Source: a virus
Length of the DNA stretch: 64,000 bases
Reading direction: 5' to 3' (one strand)
Virus record (IMG/VR): IMGVR_UViG_3300017971_000250
Span: 1 to 64,000 of that record
Under the pieces are notes generated by a model. It was not told the DNA's origin. It was given only the letters and a program-made list of their open reading frames with translations, and made no database searches. A program made the position numbers and the translations under genes. Positions 1-9,739 of this stretch are shown one piece after another (position 1 is the stretch's first letter; every line of letters begins with the position of its first letter).

Positions 1-1500
1 GGGGGAGGGGCACTTTGCCCCCGACGAAGCCCTACCGCCGCCCGTGTCCGCCCCCGGCCGCTGACCCGGCCCTACCGCCCGGGGTGTTCGGTACGGCCCC
101 GGCACGCCCGCCGTGTGGGGATCGGCTGGATTCTAGCCGGATCAGGCCCGCCCCGGCCCGGCTGACCCCGGGGACCCCCGCCCGGCCTCGCCTCACCGCC
201 TGATCACCCTCCGCCCCGGGGGGAGGGGGAGGCTACCCGGCGCGCCCGGCCTCGCCCCGGGGGCTGATCAGGACCCCGCCCGGGGGAGGTGACACCCCCG
301 GGGGAGGGGCTGACCCCCTGGAGGACATCGGGAGAACATCGGAGAACATCACCGGCCCCCGGCTGACCCCGGGACCCGCGCCCGGGCTGGCCGCCGTGGC
401 CGCCCTGCTTCTGTTTGCTTCTGTGGCTAAGTTGCGCGCTTTGCCGCACTTAGCGTCCGCCGCACTGTGTCTGCTGCACTGTCTGTGCTGTGCTGGTGTG
501 CGCCTGCTGCGTGGCCGCTGCTGAGCGCGTGATCAGCAGGTGATCAGGCCCGGGACAGCACCCGGGGCAGATCAGGCTAAGTGGCGGTGTGTGCGGCAGT
601 TAGGCGGATTCGGGCCGTCGGCGCGGGCGGCCCGGGACCGCACCGGAGGGGACCGGAGGGGGAGCAGGGGGAGGCACGCGGGGAGCGCGCCTTCCGCAGG
701 GGCTCAGGGTGATCACTCGCCCTTGCCAGGCCACGCGCCCGCGTTTGGGCCGTCCCGCGTAGGTTCGCCGCCCGGGGTTCGCGGCTGTAGTGGCCGCCGT
801 TCACCCGGGGGAGTTTGCCGTGACCGAGCGCCCGGGGTGTTCACGCTGACCCGCGCCTTTGTGGGGGACGCCGCCCGTAGGACCTGATCAGTTTGCGTGT
901 GGTTGCGCGTATGCCCCTCGCCCGTATCCGCCCGCCCGCTAGGGTGAGCGCCCTTTCGGTTTGCGCCCGTTCGCGCCGTGTGTTACCCGGGGTGTGCGGG
1001 GTTTGGGACCGGCCCTGCTTGTCGCCGACGTTTAGGGAGTTAGCGGGTTTATCGGCTCTCCACTTCTGAAAGGGTAGCCGGGCGCGTTACCCGCGCACGC
1101 CTTTGCCGAGGGGGAGCCCTCTACCTGGTAGCCGCGCCCTTTCCCTTTGTCGCCCTTCCTGCCTACTCCCCGGGGGTCTTTTTTTTGCCGTTTGGACCCG
1201 GGGTTGCTTTGTCCCGATGAGCGCGCCGCCCGTGCGATCACCCCGGCCGCCCCGGCTTGTTGCTCGCCCCGATGAGGTCACCCGGCGCGCCCCGCGCGCC
1301 CGCGTACCCGCGCAGGCCCGAATCAGGGAGGGGGACGGCCCGGAATCGGCCGCCACGCTTACACCGGCCCCGCGTCCCGGCCCCGGGGGTCGATCTAGGT
1401 ATCAGCGCCCCGGAACCCGGGAGAGAGGCCCGTAGAGGCCCTCAAACGCAATTCGGCCCTCCGGCCCGCGTCACCGGCCGGAAGGCCCTGGTCCCTGGAA
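1..1500. repeat. GC-rich, repeat-rich, apparently non-coding region; possible genome end
   Basis: Only Pro/Arg/Gly-rich low-complexity ORFs. Recurring GGCTGACCCC (about 160, 307, 361), TGATCA (about 201, 265, 530, 541, 710, 885) and tandem GGAGAACATC x2 (about 331-350). Lies downstream of the last minus-strand gene. Confidence 0.45.
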
Positions 1501-1565
1501 TGAGGCGCGCCCCGGGACCCGCGACCGGGAGACGCGCCGTGTGGCGGCCCTGACCCCGAGCCGCG

Positions 1566-1799
1566 CTATGGTGGCCAGGGGAGGTCGTAGCGCCGCGCGA
1601 AGGCCCGCGCGTGCCGCGTACACCGCCCCGAGGTCGCCTGCCGCCGAACGTAGACCCAACCGCGCCGCATGAGGACCTTTGGAGGGTAGCTCCAGGACGC
1701 CCGGTAGCGCGCCACCTCCCCGCACCCGGGAACCGCGCAGGCCCCGCACTGGTCCCGCCGCCGTAACCGCTCGATCATGTGAAGCTCGCCCGCCATCAC
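1566..1799 (-). CDS. small hypothetical protein with Cys/His (possible Zn-binding) motifs
   Basis: Start overlaps the stop of the upstream gene; CAVPGC and CTRH motifs. Confidence 0.55.
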   Translation of the reverse strand: MMAGELHMIERLRRRDQCGACAVPGCGEVARYRASWSYPPKVLMRRGWVYVRRQATSGRCTRHARAFARRYDLPWPP

Positions 1800-2113
1800 T
1801 CTTCCTCTTCCGAATCCACCATCATTCCGTCCAGCGCTTCCCCAACAATCTTGCGGGACGCCGCGAGCATCAATCTGTCCTCGTCTTCGTCGCCGTTACG
1901 ATCAACCAACATCACTCGCAGGATCTTCTCGATATACAGCGCCCAATCACCAAACCTGTCGGTGTCATACTCAGCAACCGACAGCCCCTCCCCACCGGGC
2001 AGCACACTGATCACCATCTTATGCTCCATGCAGCAAATCAGATAATCGACCAGGAAGTCGGCGGCCGCCTCAAACTCGACATCCTCCTTCCCTTCAAGCT
2101 CCATCACATCCAC
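1796..2113 (-). CDS. acidic hypothetical protein
   Basis: Globular-looking 105-aa ORF in the coupled minus-strand gene chain. Confidence 0.65.
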   Translation of the reverse strand: MDVMELEGKEDVEFEAAADFLVDYLICCMEHKMVISVLPGGEGLSVAEYDTDRFGDWALYIEKILRVMLVDRNGDEDEDRLMLAASRKIVGEALDGMMVDSEEEE

Positions 2114-2354
2114 GCCCTCCCGAGACGATGATCAGCCACCGCCCGTCCTCCAACTCAATCTCGCCCCACTTCTTTCCGTGGCCACAGCAGGAGCCCCTCA
2201 TGTTGACGCCACTCTCCTGGAGCGCCCGGACGATCGGGGCAATGCACGCATCGATCCGCATCCGTTTCCACTTCGCGCGTCCCGAGCAGCTCAGGTCGGC
2301 GGGGATCCGCACACGGACCAACTCATGCGTGCCCCACTTACACACAGTCACCAT
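2094..2354 (-). CDS. phage hypothetical protein (IDxCIAP...SCCGHG motif)
   Basis: RIDACIAPIVRALQ...SCCGHG resembles a motif I recall from phage hypothetical proteins. Confidence 0.7.
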   Translation of the reverse strand: MVTVCKWGTHELVRVRIPADLSCSGRAKWKRMRIDACIAPIVRALQESGVNMRGSCCGHGKKWGEIELEDGRWLIIVSGGRGCDGA

Positions 2355-2541
2355 CCACGTCGGGACCTTCGGGAGCCGAGGCGAGATCCCCGTATTTCTC
2401 CCACGCCGCCGAGAGCCGCTCGTAGACGAGCACCGCCAGCTTCTCAGCCTGCGCGAGGGGCATCTGTGGAGGCCCCCACGTCTAGACCAATTCGTTGATC
2501 GCCCGCTTCACTTCCGTCGGATTGAACTCCTCGTGCTCCAT
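2338..2541 (-). pseudogene. 68-codon ORF interrupted by an in-frame TAG at 2482-2484
   Basis: GGAGG SD precedes ATG 2541. Reads MEHEEFNPTEVKRAINELV*TWGPPQMPLAQAEKLAVLVYERLSAAWEKYGDL...CV*, and the protein-like text continues past the amber codon. Confidence 0.5.
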
Positions 2542-2549
2542 CTCGCCTC

Positions 2550-3611
2550 CTAGACCACAAACGGCTTCTTTGCCGCAGGCCCTGCGATACGCATCGGGGC
2601 TTCGTACCAGATCCGAAGCTCGGGCTTGTTCGACCCCGCCTCCATCGAATCGAAGGTCTTGATCGCGCTGCTGAGCCCGTACAGGCAAAAGAACCAGGCT
2701 TCGTCCCAACGGTTGAGAAGCTCGGTCCGGAAGCCCGCTTCGTCCGCGAGTACGAGGTATCCCGTCCCCCCCGCGAGCGCCCGTGCCGTTGCGAACTTCT
2801 TACCCGTATCCCGATCGGTGTCGTCGCCCTGCGCGCCGCTCGAAGTCCACGCCGAGCCGCTTTTGTAGTTGTTCCAGGTCGCCTCAGTGATCACCGAATC
2901 GTCCCGCTTGATCACATAAGAGTCATAGCTCATCCCGCCCGCGCCCGCGTCGGTACAGTAGGCGCGAAGCTGCGCCCTGATAACCGACGCCCCGGCAGGA
3001 AACCGGGGCAGCGGTCCGATCCGGAACATCGGGAAGTCTCCCGAACTGCCCGCGCCCGAGAAATAGAACGAACTCAGGCCCGCCTTGACCGTCGTCGGGT
3101 CGGTCTCGTCGAGGTAGGAGTCGGCGAGGCATCCCGTGCTCAAGTCCATCCGGTGCGAGATTGGAGCATAGCTCGTACCCGGAACCACGATGATCAAACG
3201 GTCGCAGGTCGGGCAGCGCGCCCAGTGCGTCGCGCTCGCCTCGGCAGGATGGTCGTTCCCGCTCGCCCCGGGAGCGCCCGCGTTGAGACTGATCGACTGG
3301 ACGTCGGCGGAGCTACCATGCGCCTTGCAGGTGATCGTAGGCGTCGCCGACTTGAGGATGATCGTGGTCAGCGGAGCATGGTTGCCCGTCGTCGTGCGCG
3401 CGATGGTCGGCCAGCGCTTCGTCGCCGAAACGATAGGGGAGCCGAAAGAGATCGTCGTAGAGATTGCGGTGACTTCGATGTTGAGGTCTAGCTGCACCGT
3501 TCCAAAGGCAAGACCCGACACGATCCCGGATGGGGAGACGTTCAGGTCTAGCTGCGGGCTGCCGAGCGCCGCCGTGGACGCGATACCGCCCGCTCCTGTG
3601 ATATCAGGCAT
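2550..3611 (-). CDS. DNRLRE-like domain protein with N-terminal virion-protein repeats
   Basis: C-terminal DSYLDETDPTT...AQLRAY...ATWNNY...AW...SMEAGSNKPELRIWY pattern. N-terminus has three GIASTAALGSPQLDLN-type repeats like those in 47327..50266. GGAGG SD. Confidence 0.7.
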   Translation of the reverse strand: MPDITGAGGIASTAALGSPQLDLNVSPSGIVSGLAFGTVQLDLNIEVTAISTTISFGSPIVSATKRWPTIARTTTGNHAPLTTIILKSATPTITCKAHGSSADVQSISLNAGAPGASGNDHPAEASATHWARCPTCDRLIIVVPGTSYAPISHRMDLSTGCLADSYLDETDPTTVKAGLSSFYFSGAGSSGDFPMFRIGPLPRFPAGASVIRAQLRAYCTDAGAGGMSYDSYVIKRDDSVITEATWNNYKSGSAWTSSGAQGDDTDRDTGKKFATARALAGGTGYLVLADEAGFRTELLNRWDEAWFFCLYGLSSAIKTFDSMEAGSNKPELRIWYEAPMRIAGPAAKKPFVV

Positions 3612-3701
3612 GACACACCTCCGCCGTCAGTATATCCTGCCGCGTGAGCGCCCGCAGCAACCACTCCGCCGTCTACCCGATCTTCGCAGTCGAGCGAGCG
3701 C

Positions 3702-3827
3702 TCACCGCTTCCTTCCTCGCAGGTAGACGCGCAACAGCCCGACCCCCAAACTCAGCAGCGCCGCCCCCAAACAGAGAGCGAGTAACTGCTCGACCGCGCG
3801 CGCCCATTCTACGAAAAACTCGTCCAT
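3702..3827 (-). CDS. 41-aa single-pass membrane protein (not in ORF track)
   Basis: TGATG overlap with the upstream gene; MDEFFVEWARAVEQLLALCLGAALLSLGVGLLRVYLRGRKR has a hydrophobic helix and a basic tail. Confidence 0.55.
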   Translation of the reverse strand: MDEFFVEWARAVEQLLALCLGAALLSLGVGLLRVYLRGRKR

Positions 3828-5530
3828 CACCAAGGACGCCCCGCCTCTACCTTCACCGTTTCGATCACCGGGCTCCAGCGCCCGAGCACCTGCGCCCGCA
3901 GGCCGAGGTAGGTTGTCCCTTCACCCACGACGATCAGGCCGCCACGCCGCAGGTCTTTCCAAACACGCTCCGTCGCCTCCTCGACCGTCGCCGCCCCGCC
4001 GATCGTAACCGGCCGCATCACCTGCCGCGCCGCGTCCCACGTCTCCGCCGTGATCGAATCGGGCGAGGCCCGGAGGTGGTAGACCGTCTCGACGTCGGGG
4101 AGGTTGCGCAGGCCATACCACTGAGGCCAGACGAACCGCCACCACGATCGAACTGTGAAGTGCTGCCCGTCGCACCAGTAAGTGAACCGCGCGTCCAGCG
4201 ACCCGATCCCGTTACGGGGCTGCGCGTTGGGGTTGACTTCGACCAGACCGTATCGGTAGCCACGCGTGTAGAGCGTATCCTGTCCGTGCAGCTCTTTCTG
4301 GAACTCTCCGCTCGGTTGCCCAAGATCCATGTCCCACACGCGTGGCCAATAGAACAACCGCCCCGTCCCGCCTTGCCCCTGATGCGTAACCTGCGCCATG
4401 CCCTGCCCGCCTAAGAGCGCCGTGCCCGTTGCGAGCCGTACCCGACGAGGTGTGCTGTTCGGGTAGCGCGGATCGTGGTAGGCAGTGATCCACGCAACGT
4501 CCCATCCCTGGAGCCGGTCCGGCAACCCGGGACGCCCGAAGGCTTGCTCCTGGAAATAGTATCCGATCCCGTTCGAGCCGTAGAACCAGTCCCACCAGTC
4601 CATGTGACGCGAGGAGGCCATGAAGTTTTCCATCTTCATCCCGCTAAGCTGGAACCGCCACATCGGATCGCCATAGTTGGAGCCGTCGTTGACGAGCACC
4701 ACCATCTCGGGATGCTCATTAACGAACGGACCGAAGTCCCTCCAGAACGAGAAATTCTCCATGCGCGTCAACAGGTCGTAAGGCTGGTTTCCATCTTCGG
4801 AGCAGCTACGACAGGTGCCCTCCGCGATCCCGTCACGGTTTGGATCCGCGTCGCAAAGTACCTCCCGCGAGACCGTACCGAGGCAGTCGCTGAAGACCTC
4901 CAGGATGAGCGCGTTCTGTGCCGCGCCCTCATAGTTGTCCCACGACCACGGCTCCCCGATCCCGGGTTCGCCGAAGCGATGAAGCAGCAACCACGGCAGG
5001 ACGACCTCCGCGATCCATTCCGAAGCCCGCAGGCCCTTCGACGTCCCGTAGGTGCCGACCGGGCAGTGCCGCGTCCAGTTTAGGAACGTCCAGAAGTCGG
5101 AGCCGCCGTAGTCACGGATCCGTTCGCCCCTGGTGTTGTAGAGCCACCAGTCATTCTGCTGCGCGTAGAATCCGATCAGCCGTAGCGGGCTCCAGGTCGT
5201 GTCGGCGTGCCACCAGTCCGATTCGTCGTAGACCGCCCATTGAGGCTGCCAGGCATAGATGAACCTCAGATCGCGCTCGCCCCCTATCCGCGACCGGCGA
5301 TCCCGAAGCTCCCTGTACATCTCGGGACGGTCGAAGGTCACCACGACGTCGTGCCAGGCGATCGTATCGCGCGCCGCCTCCGACCAGTGCCCGATCGAGT
5401 GCGTGTAGACGAGCGAGCCGGGGAAGCCACGCTTCCCCTTCGTCGCATCGACCGGAGCAATCCATCCCGCGAGCCCCTGAAGGAGTAGGAAACCGAGAAA
5501 GACCAGAAGACCGATCAGCAGCCGTTTCAT
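3827..5530 (-). CDS. secreted putative glycoside-hydrolase-like protein
   Basis: Signal peptide MKRLLIGLLVFLGFLLL; aromatic-rich body with RLATGTALLG...WDMDLGQP and a C-terminal YHLRASPDSITAETWDAA (Fn3-like) motif. Confidence 0.55.
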   Translation of the reverse strand: MKRLLIGLLVFLGFLLLQGLAGWIAPVDATKGKRGFPGSLVYTHSIGHWSEAARDTIAWHDVVVTFDRPEMYRELRDRRSRIGGERDLRFIYAWQPQWAVYDESDWWHADTTWSPLRLIGFYAQQNDWWLYNTRGERIRDYGGSDFWTFLNWTRHCPVGTYGTSKGLRASEWIAEVVLPWLLLHRFGEPGIGEPWSWDNYEGAAQNALILEVFSDCLGTVSREVLCDADPNRDGIAEGTCRSCSEDGNQPYDLLTRMENFSFWRDFGPFVNEHPEMVVLVNDGSNYGDPMWRFQLSGMKMENFMASSRHMDWWDWFYGSNGIGYYFQEQAFGRPGLPDRLQGWDVAWITAYHDPRYPNSTPRRVRLATGTALLGGQGMAQVTHQGQGGTGRLFYWPRVWDMDLGQPSGEFQKELHGQDTLYTRGYRYGLVEVNPNAQPRNGIGSLDARFTYWCDGQHFTVRSWWRFVWPQWYGLRNLPDVETVYHLRASPDSITAETWDAARQVMRPVTIGGAATVEEATERVWKDLRRGGLIVVGEGTTYLGLRAQVLGRWSPVIETVKVEAGRPW

Positions 5531-5544
5531 AACGCCCTCCCTGG

Positions 5545-6312
5545 CTAGATTTCCAATGCGCCCTGCTCGTCCTGCGTGTCTTGTTCGTCCTCGTCCTCGT
5601 TACCTTCCTCCAGCCTACGGATCGCGACCTGTACCTTCCCGGGGTCTCGCTCGACACCAACCACGCGCCGCCCCAAATCCCGCGCCGCCTTCAAGACCGG
5701 CCCCGTCCCAAAGCAGGGATCCAGGACCTTATCGTTCTCGCCGCTGGAGGTTTCGATCATCTTCCTGACGAGCCAGACGGGCTTGCGCGCCCGCCCGTTG
5801 AGCTTCTTCTCACTACAGGCCGCGCCGACGAGCACGTTGTGGATGTACCCGCCCGGCGCGAAGCGATAGGCTTTGTCGTTGCCGTCCCAGGCACCGAAGA
5901 CGCCCCCCTCGGCCGCGTTCAATGGATGCCGGAACCCGAAGGCGGGAGATGGATTGGTCTTGTGCCAGAAGAACGGCACCCAAGGGTGGAGCCCCGCGTC
6001 ACGCGCCGCCTGGCGGACGATGTCAAGCCGCCAAATATCATAGAAGCACCACCAGAGCCCGCCAGGCTTCAGGAGCCGTTTGATCTGGACGAAGAGCCCG
6101 GAGAGGTCGAAGGGTTCGTGGTCCCATTCCCCGAAGTCGTGATCGCGCTCATATCCGCACTGGACGAAACGAGAGCGCCGCTTGCTGATCTTGTAAGGCG
6201 GATCCGCGATCACCAGGTCCACGGTCCCCCCGCGCAGCCCCGGGAGAACGTCCTCCCAACGCGCCTCGTAGACCTTGATCCCCTTCTCCTTGTAGGCGGC
6301 CCGAATCGCCAT
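5545..6312 (-). CDS. DNA amino-methyltransferase (N4-C/N6-A, beta class)
   Basis: Catalytic DPPY near the N-terminus; KP motif and SAM-binding DPCFGTG near the C-terminus. Confidence 0.9.
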   Translation of the reverse strand: MAIRAAYKEKGIKVYEARWEDVLPGLRGGTVDLVIADPPYKISKRRSRFVQCGYERDHDFGEWDHEPFDLSGLFVQIKRLLKPGGLWWCFYDIWRLDIVRQAARDAGLHPWVPFFWHKTNPSPAFGFRHPLNAAEGGVFGAWDGNDKAYRFAPGGYIHNVLVGAACSEKKLNGRARKPVWLVRKMIETSSGENDKVLDPCFGTGPVLKAARDLGRRVVGVERDPGKVQVAIRRLEEGNEDEDEQDTQDEQGALEI

Positions 6313-6554
6313 CAGTCGTCGGCTTCCTTGAGTCGAAGCCCCTTGATCGCCGTGAAGAGAAAGCGCTCGGAATTGTTGAGCACCGCCTGGTACGGCAGGT
6401 CAGCCGTCACGCCCTGAATCTCGATCGGTTTGAACTCGACGCCCGTCAGGCGGTCGTCCTTGCGGATGAACCCGTCGTGCGTCAGAAGCACGATCTTCTG
6501 CCCGATCAGCATCCCCAAATCAATCTGCCACTGAATCGTTACCTTGTTCGGCAT
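6312..6554 (-). CDS. hypothetical protein
   Basis: 80-aa ORF coupled to its neighbours. Confidence 0.65.
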   Translation of the reverse strand: MPNKVTIQWQIDLGMLIGQKIVLLTHDGFIRKDDRLTGVEFKPIEIQGVTADLPYQAVLNNSERFLFTAIKGLRLKEADD

Positions 6555-6759
6555 CGGCCTCGCCCCCCTTGTTCCGCTTGACCTTGTTTGCGCATTCCTC
6601 GCTACACCACATCTTCGAACGCGGGATATCGCACCCGCACGAAAGGCAGCGCGCGATCTTGAAGATACTCAATCGGCCCTGCTCCCGTAGCTGCCGGAAG
6701 AGGGTCAACTCGTCGCCCACGCAATAGGGTCTCTCTAGTTTTTTCTCGGTGCTTCCCAT
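6520..6759 (-). CDS. Zn-ribbon protein (CxxC...CSxxC)
   Basis: CLSCGCDIPRSKMWCSEEC; start taken at ATG 6759. Confidence 0.6.
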   Translation of the reverse strand: MGSTEKKLERPYCVGDELTLFRQLREQGRLSIFKIARCLSCGCDIPRSKMWCSEECANKVKRNKGGEADAEQGNDSVAD

Positions 6760-7142
6760 GTCAAATCCCCTCCGCAGTCGTAGACCCGGAAATTGCAACA
6801 TGGCTGCTGCACCCGCTTCGTCGGCGTGTCGCAATTGCGATCACGCAACTGAACCGACGGAGATCCGTTCGTGCCAACCCTGATCCGGACCGCCTGTTCT
6901 CCCGTCATGGCGTAAAGCTCGATGTAGGACACGCCTCCGTCAGAGACAGTCCAAAGCCCCCGCAACGAACCGCCCGCATCGACTAGCTCGAATCGCTGCG
7001 CGCGGACGACGCCCGAATCGGCCGTGGCGATGTGAACCTGGACCGCGAGGACGCCCACGAACACCAACGCCGCAATCCCCACCGCAACAAGAGACCCCAC
7101 GTACCGACGGAGCCATCTCTGATGTCTAAGTAACTCGTTCAT
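6735..7142 (-). CDS. membrane-anchored hypothetical protein
   Basis: N-terminal TM helix followed by a VVRAQRFELVDAGG beta-rich motif. Confidence 0.65.
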   Translation of the reverse strand: MNELLRHQRWLRRYVGSLVAVGIAALVFVGVLAVQVHIATADSGVVRAQRFELVDAGGSLRGLWTVSDGGVSYIELYAMTGEQAVRIRVGTNGSPSVQLRDRNCDTPTKRVQQPCCNFRVYDCGGDLTWEAPRKN

Positions 7143-7930
7143 CTTGTCTCTCCTTTCACCGCCCGGAGGACCGCACGCAGGTCGGTTCGGAATGACTCCA
7201 ATTCGCCCGCGTTACGGATGCGCCCGGGCAAGAGCGCTGCGGGATGATACGTCGCCAGCACCGGGATCGAATCCGCCTCGTCTCCAGTATCGCAGTCGGG
7301 CGGAAGCCAATTCCCCACGCCCGGGAGCCATTGCCCCCGCCAGCGCGTGATGCCGACCTCTCCCGTCAGCACCGTCAGAGCCGCGCCCCCAAGAGCAAGG
7401 ATAGCCTTCGGACGCGCAGCCTGCACGATTTCCCGAAGGCGCGGCGCGCACGCCTCCACCTCATCCGGCATCGGGATCCGGTTGCCGGGAGGCTTGCAGC
7501 CGAGGACGTTCGTGATGTAGTGCGCAACCACGTCGTTCCACTGTACCTTTAGCTCCCGCATCAGTAGCTCGCCCGCAGGCCCGACGAACGGGAGCCCCTT
7601 CCGATCCTCCTGCGCCCCGGGAGCCTCACCAACAAGCACGACCTCGGCGGGAAGGCCGCCCTTACCATAAACAACATTCGTGCGCCCCTTCGCAAGGCGG
7701 CACCGCTTGCAGGTCGTCCAGTAGCGCATCAGGTCCACCGTCGCGCCCGCCCACTTCATCGAGCCCCGTGCCGAGGTAGGGTTCACTCTCACTTTCCCCT
7801 CCGCATCAAAGTCGAACTGGAAAACCGTAACGTCGTCAACGTCGCGTCCCTCCGAGGGAAAGTAGCCGCGCGCCCTCGTGATCGTAGAGACCGCCCCTTC
7901 GGGTAGGATCAGGTTTGCCGCGGCATCCAC
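7139..7930 (-). CDS. uracil-DNA glycosylase, family 4
   Basis: CxxCxL Fe-S motif, VGEAPG, PFVGPAG, TNVLGCKPP, TYHPAA. Confidence 0.92.
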   Translation of the reverse strand: MDAAANLILPEGAVSTITRARGYFPSEGRDVDDVTVFQFDFDAEGKVRVNPTSARGSMKWAGATVDLMRYWTTCKRCRLAKGRTNVVYGKGGLPAEVVLVGEAPGAQEDRKGLPFVGPAGELLMRELKVQWNDVVAHYITNVLGCKPPGNRIPMPDEVEACAPRLREIVQAARPKAILALGGAALTVLTGEVGITRWRGQWLPGVGNWLPPDCDTGDEADSIPVLATYHPAALLPGRIRNAGELESFRTDLRAVLRAVKGETR

Positions 7931-8640
7931 CTATCATCGGCCACCAACCACTCACGCCCAAGCACACTCACCGGCCGCGCCATCGTCGCACGGTTGAACG
8001 CACGGATCTCCGCCTCCGCCAGGTCCCTCATCTTGATCACGCCCTTACGGAGCAGGTCTTCGGTCCACGCCATGCGCGCAAGGCAGCAAGCGTCAGCGAG
8101 GTCACCGAGCACGGTGTTGACGCCCGCCTGCGTGAGCCCCTTGACGACCGCGACCACCTCGTCCAGCCCTGGCCACCAGCGCTCCACGACGGCCCCGATC
8201 ATCTGCTCAGGCTCGGGATCCCCTTCGTGCGCAGAGAACAACTTGACGTCCATCGGATTGTGCAGTCGCAGCTTCGAGCCGGAGGTGAGCGCCAGGTAGC
8301 GCGCGATCCCGCTGATCGCCGCGATGTCGTGCTGCCCCCGCGTCCGGGAGCCGAAGGCGAACTCCTCGATCGCCACGAAGTCCGGCCGTCGTATCTGGAA
8401 CCAGTGATCGAGTAGCTGCCCCCAAAACTGCAGCCGCGCGACGTGAAGGTAGTCGGGGTCCCTACCGCTCGCCTTCTTCATCTTCGCAACCGGGAGGTGG
8501 TGGCCGCACCCGAGCGCGCCCTTGCGCACCGCCTTCTGGACGTCCGTGACGTAACCGTACCAGGCAGGCTTGCCATCGTCGCCTAGCTCGACGACGGCCC
8601 CGTGATTCGTGCTCAGGTCGTAGCCGTGGAAGCGAGGCAT
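7909..8640 (-). CDS. RuvC-like Holliday junction resolvase
   Basis: GYDLST, AIEE and DLADA acidic motifs in RuvC order. Confidence 0.75.
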   Translation of the reverse strand: MPRFHGYDLSTNHGAVVELGDDGKPAWYGYVTDVQKAVRKGALGCGHHLPVAKMKKASGRDPDYLHVARLQFWGQLLDHWFQIRRPDFVAIEEFAFGSRTRGQHDIAAISGIARYLALTSGSKLRLHNPMDVKLFSAHEGDPEPEQMIGAVVERWWPGLDEVVAVVKGLTQAGVNTVLGDLADACCLARMAWTEDLLRKGVIKMRDLAEAEIRAFNRATMARPVSVLGREWLVADDRWMPRQT

Positions 8641-8939
8641 TATGGCCGCAGCCCTCGTAGCACCGAATCTGCGTCCTCAAGGCTCCGATCGATCCTGTGG
8701 ACCCGCGCGCGTAACTCGGCGAGCCGGTTCATCACCGCCCCAATGTGATCGCTCGGCGGAGGATCCTTCTCGGGATTCATCGCCTTCTCGACCGTCTTCG
8801 GTTCGTCGCGGTCACCGAATGCCGACGCGCGAATCGACCGCGCCCGCTCCTCCAGAGCAGAGACTACCTTGTCGGTCTCTTCGAACTCCGTCCAGACCGT
8901 GCGTGCTCGGCACGCGCCGTCCTGCCCGCCCTCGTACAT
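8640..8939 (-). CDS. hypothetical coiled-coil protein
   Basis: GGAGGAG SD; 99-aa ORF in the gene chain. Confidence 0.6.
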   Translation of the reverse strand: MYEGGQDGACRARTVWTEFEETDKVVSALEERARSIRASAFGDRDEPKTVEKAMNPEKDPPPSDHIGAVMNRLAELRARVHRIDRSLEDADSVLRGLRP

Positions 8940-8954
8940 TTCACTCCTCCCTTC

Positions 8955-9728
8955 TTATGGACCGCTGTCGACGTTCTCCTCGTCGGCGATCACTTCATCG
9001 TCGGCCTTGCCGCCAAGGTTCCCGAAGCGTGTCTCCCTCGGGATCCCGGGGACCTCGACGCCCTGCGCGAGCGCGGGGTCGGACGTCCCGTCTCCAATCG
9101 GATCCCCGCTCCCATCGCCGACCGTAACCGAGTCGCCCCCCGCCCGGTAGGCGACGATCGAATCCGATGCCGCCGCGAAGGCCGCCCGCGTCCCCATCCC
9201 GGTCCCCGAGTAGCCAGCCGACTGCGCCGCCACAAATCCGAGGTTCTGCCGTGCATCCTGGAGCGCGTTCTGGTCTGCCGCCAGGAAGACGAACTGCCAG
9301 CCCCGGACCTCGCGCCGCTGATCAATCATCGCCTGAACCTGATCGCGTTTGTACTCCCGGCTCGCGTTCTCCTGGCCGTCGGTCAGGATCACGACCACGA
9401 CCTTCTCGGGCTGCTCCGCGTCGGGCAGCTTCTCGATATCCTCGTCGAGCGTCGTGATCGCGCGCCCAATCGCATCGTAGAGCGCCGTCTGTCCTCGCGG
9501 CGCGTAGGTGCTCTGGTCCAGGAACGGGACCGCGAGGATCTTCTCGGTCCGGTACGGCTCCTGGTATTCGTGATCGAAGAGAATCAAACTCAGCGTCGCC
9601 TCCCCGGGCGCTACCCGCTGCCCGTGGACGAATCGGTTGAACCCCTCGATCGCGTCGTCCCTGATCGCCGCCATCGATCCAGAGCGGTCGACGACCGCCA
9701 CGATAGCTGTAAGTCCTACCTTCGGCAT
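8955..9728 (-). CDS. VWA domain protein
   Basis: MIDAS DRSGSM, TALYDAIG, ILTDGQENAS. Confidence 0.88.
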   Translation of the reverse strand: MPKVGLTAIVAVVDRSGSMAAIRDDAIEGFNRFVHGQRVAPGEATLSLILFDHEYQEPYRTEKILAVPFLDQSTYAPRGQTALYDAIGRAITTLDEDIEKLPDAEQPEKVVVVILTDGQENASREYKRDQVQAMIDQRREVRGWQFVFLAADQNALQDARQNLGFVAAQSAGYSGTGMGTRAAFAAASDSIVAYRAGGDSVTVGDGSGDPIGDGTSDPALAQGVEVPGIPRETRFGNLGGKADDEVIADEENVDSGP

Positions 9729-9739
9729 CTTGCCCTCCC

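Noticed and set aside
1165-1187. Short stem plus T-run as a terminator
   Set aside because: The stem is weak and on the plus strand, with no credible upstream gene.
2482-2484. Genome-wide TAG reassignment
   Set aside because: TAG terminates many well-defined genes (sheath, tube, tape measure, dnaE) at expected positions.
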